This document shows, in pieces, positions 16,943 through 17,055 of a stretch of DNA of 17,055 nucleotides; position 1 is the first letter of the stretch; the number at the start of each line of letters is the position of its first letter. Where the stretch lies: contig JAHLWS010000029.1 in the NCBI GenBank assembly GCA_019057795.1, positions 1 to 17,055 on the forward strand, in the 5' to 3' direction. The notes beneath the pieces were generated by a model that was not told the DNA's origin, ran no database searches, and saw only the letters and a list, made by a program, of their open reading frames with translations. The DNA is from Promethearchaeota archaeon. GTDB taxonomy: Archaea; Asgardarchaeota; Lokiarchaeia; Sigyniarchaeales; SOKP01. The position numbers and the translations under genes were made by a program.

Positions 16943-16981
16943 GAAACATTTAAATAGGTAGACTTCACATTTATAAATGAG
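16943..16981 (+). promoter_or_regulatory. Promoter (BRE/TATA) with a degenerate operator; possible CRISPR leader
   Basis: GAAACATTTAAATA at 16943-16956 is identical to the 14-mer of the minus-strand promoter at 13239-13226; CACA-tttataaa-TGAG at 16966-16981. Confidence 0.45.
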
Positions 16982-17055
16982 TTAAGTTTCTACCGTGATC
17001 GATAGAGGTGACGGTAAAAACCGAATAAAAACGCAATTTATGAGGAGTACAGTAC

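Noticed and set aside
1-17055. CRISPR array, transposase, tRNA or rRNA
   Set aside because: No regularly spaced repeats or recognisable signatures seen; nearly all sequence is accounted for by CDSs.

Overview
AT-rich archaeal-style DNA (TTTAAATA TATA boxes, GGTGA Shine-Dalgarno sites, many TTG/GTG starts; Asgard/Lokiarchaeia-like by impression only) carrying a nearly complete type III-D CRISPR-Cas locus of the Sulfolobales Csm/Csx7 layout. Minus strand: two small ORFs, cas11/csm2, three cas7, a 103-aa unknown, cas10, cas7, csx10 (cas5), cas7, a Zn-finger degenerate Cas6-like ORF, cas6 and a PHP phosphoesterase. Cas10 keeps its GGDD cyclase motif but its HD nuclease is degenerate, so the system looks signalling-only. 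Plus strand: a CARF-like gene fragment coupled to a PIN nuclease at the left end, and crn2 (DUF1874 ring nuclease), a frameshifted cas2, cas1 and cas4 at the right end. Between the two divergent operons is a transcription factor with wHTH-CARF domain order (reversed relative to Csa3). It is flanked by four perfect CTCA-N8-TGAG palindromes, two of them 4-5 bp upstream of the TATA boxes of the divergent operons. This suggests a cA4-sensing feedback circuit coupling interference, ring-nuclease and adaptation genes. No CRISPR array is visible; a leader-like promoter starts at the right edge.
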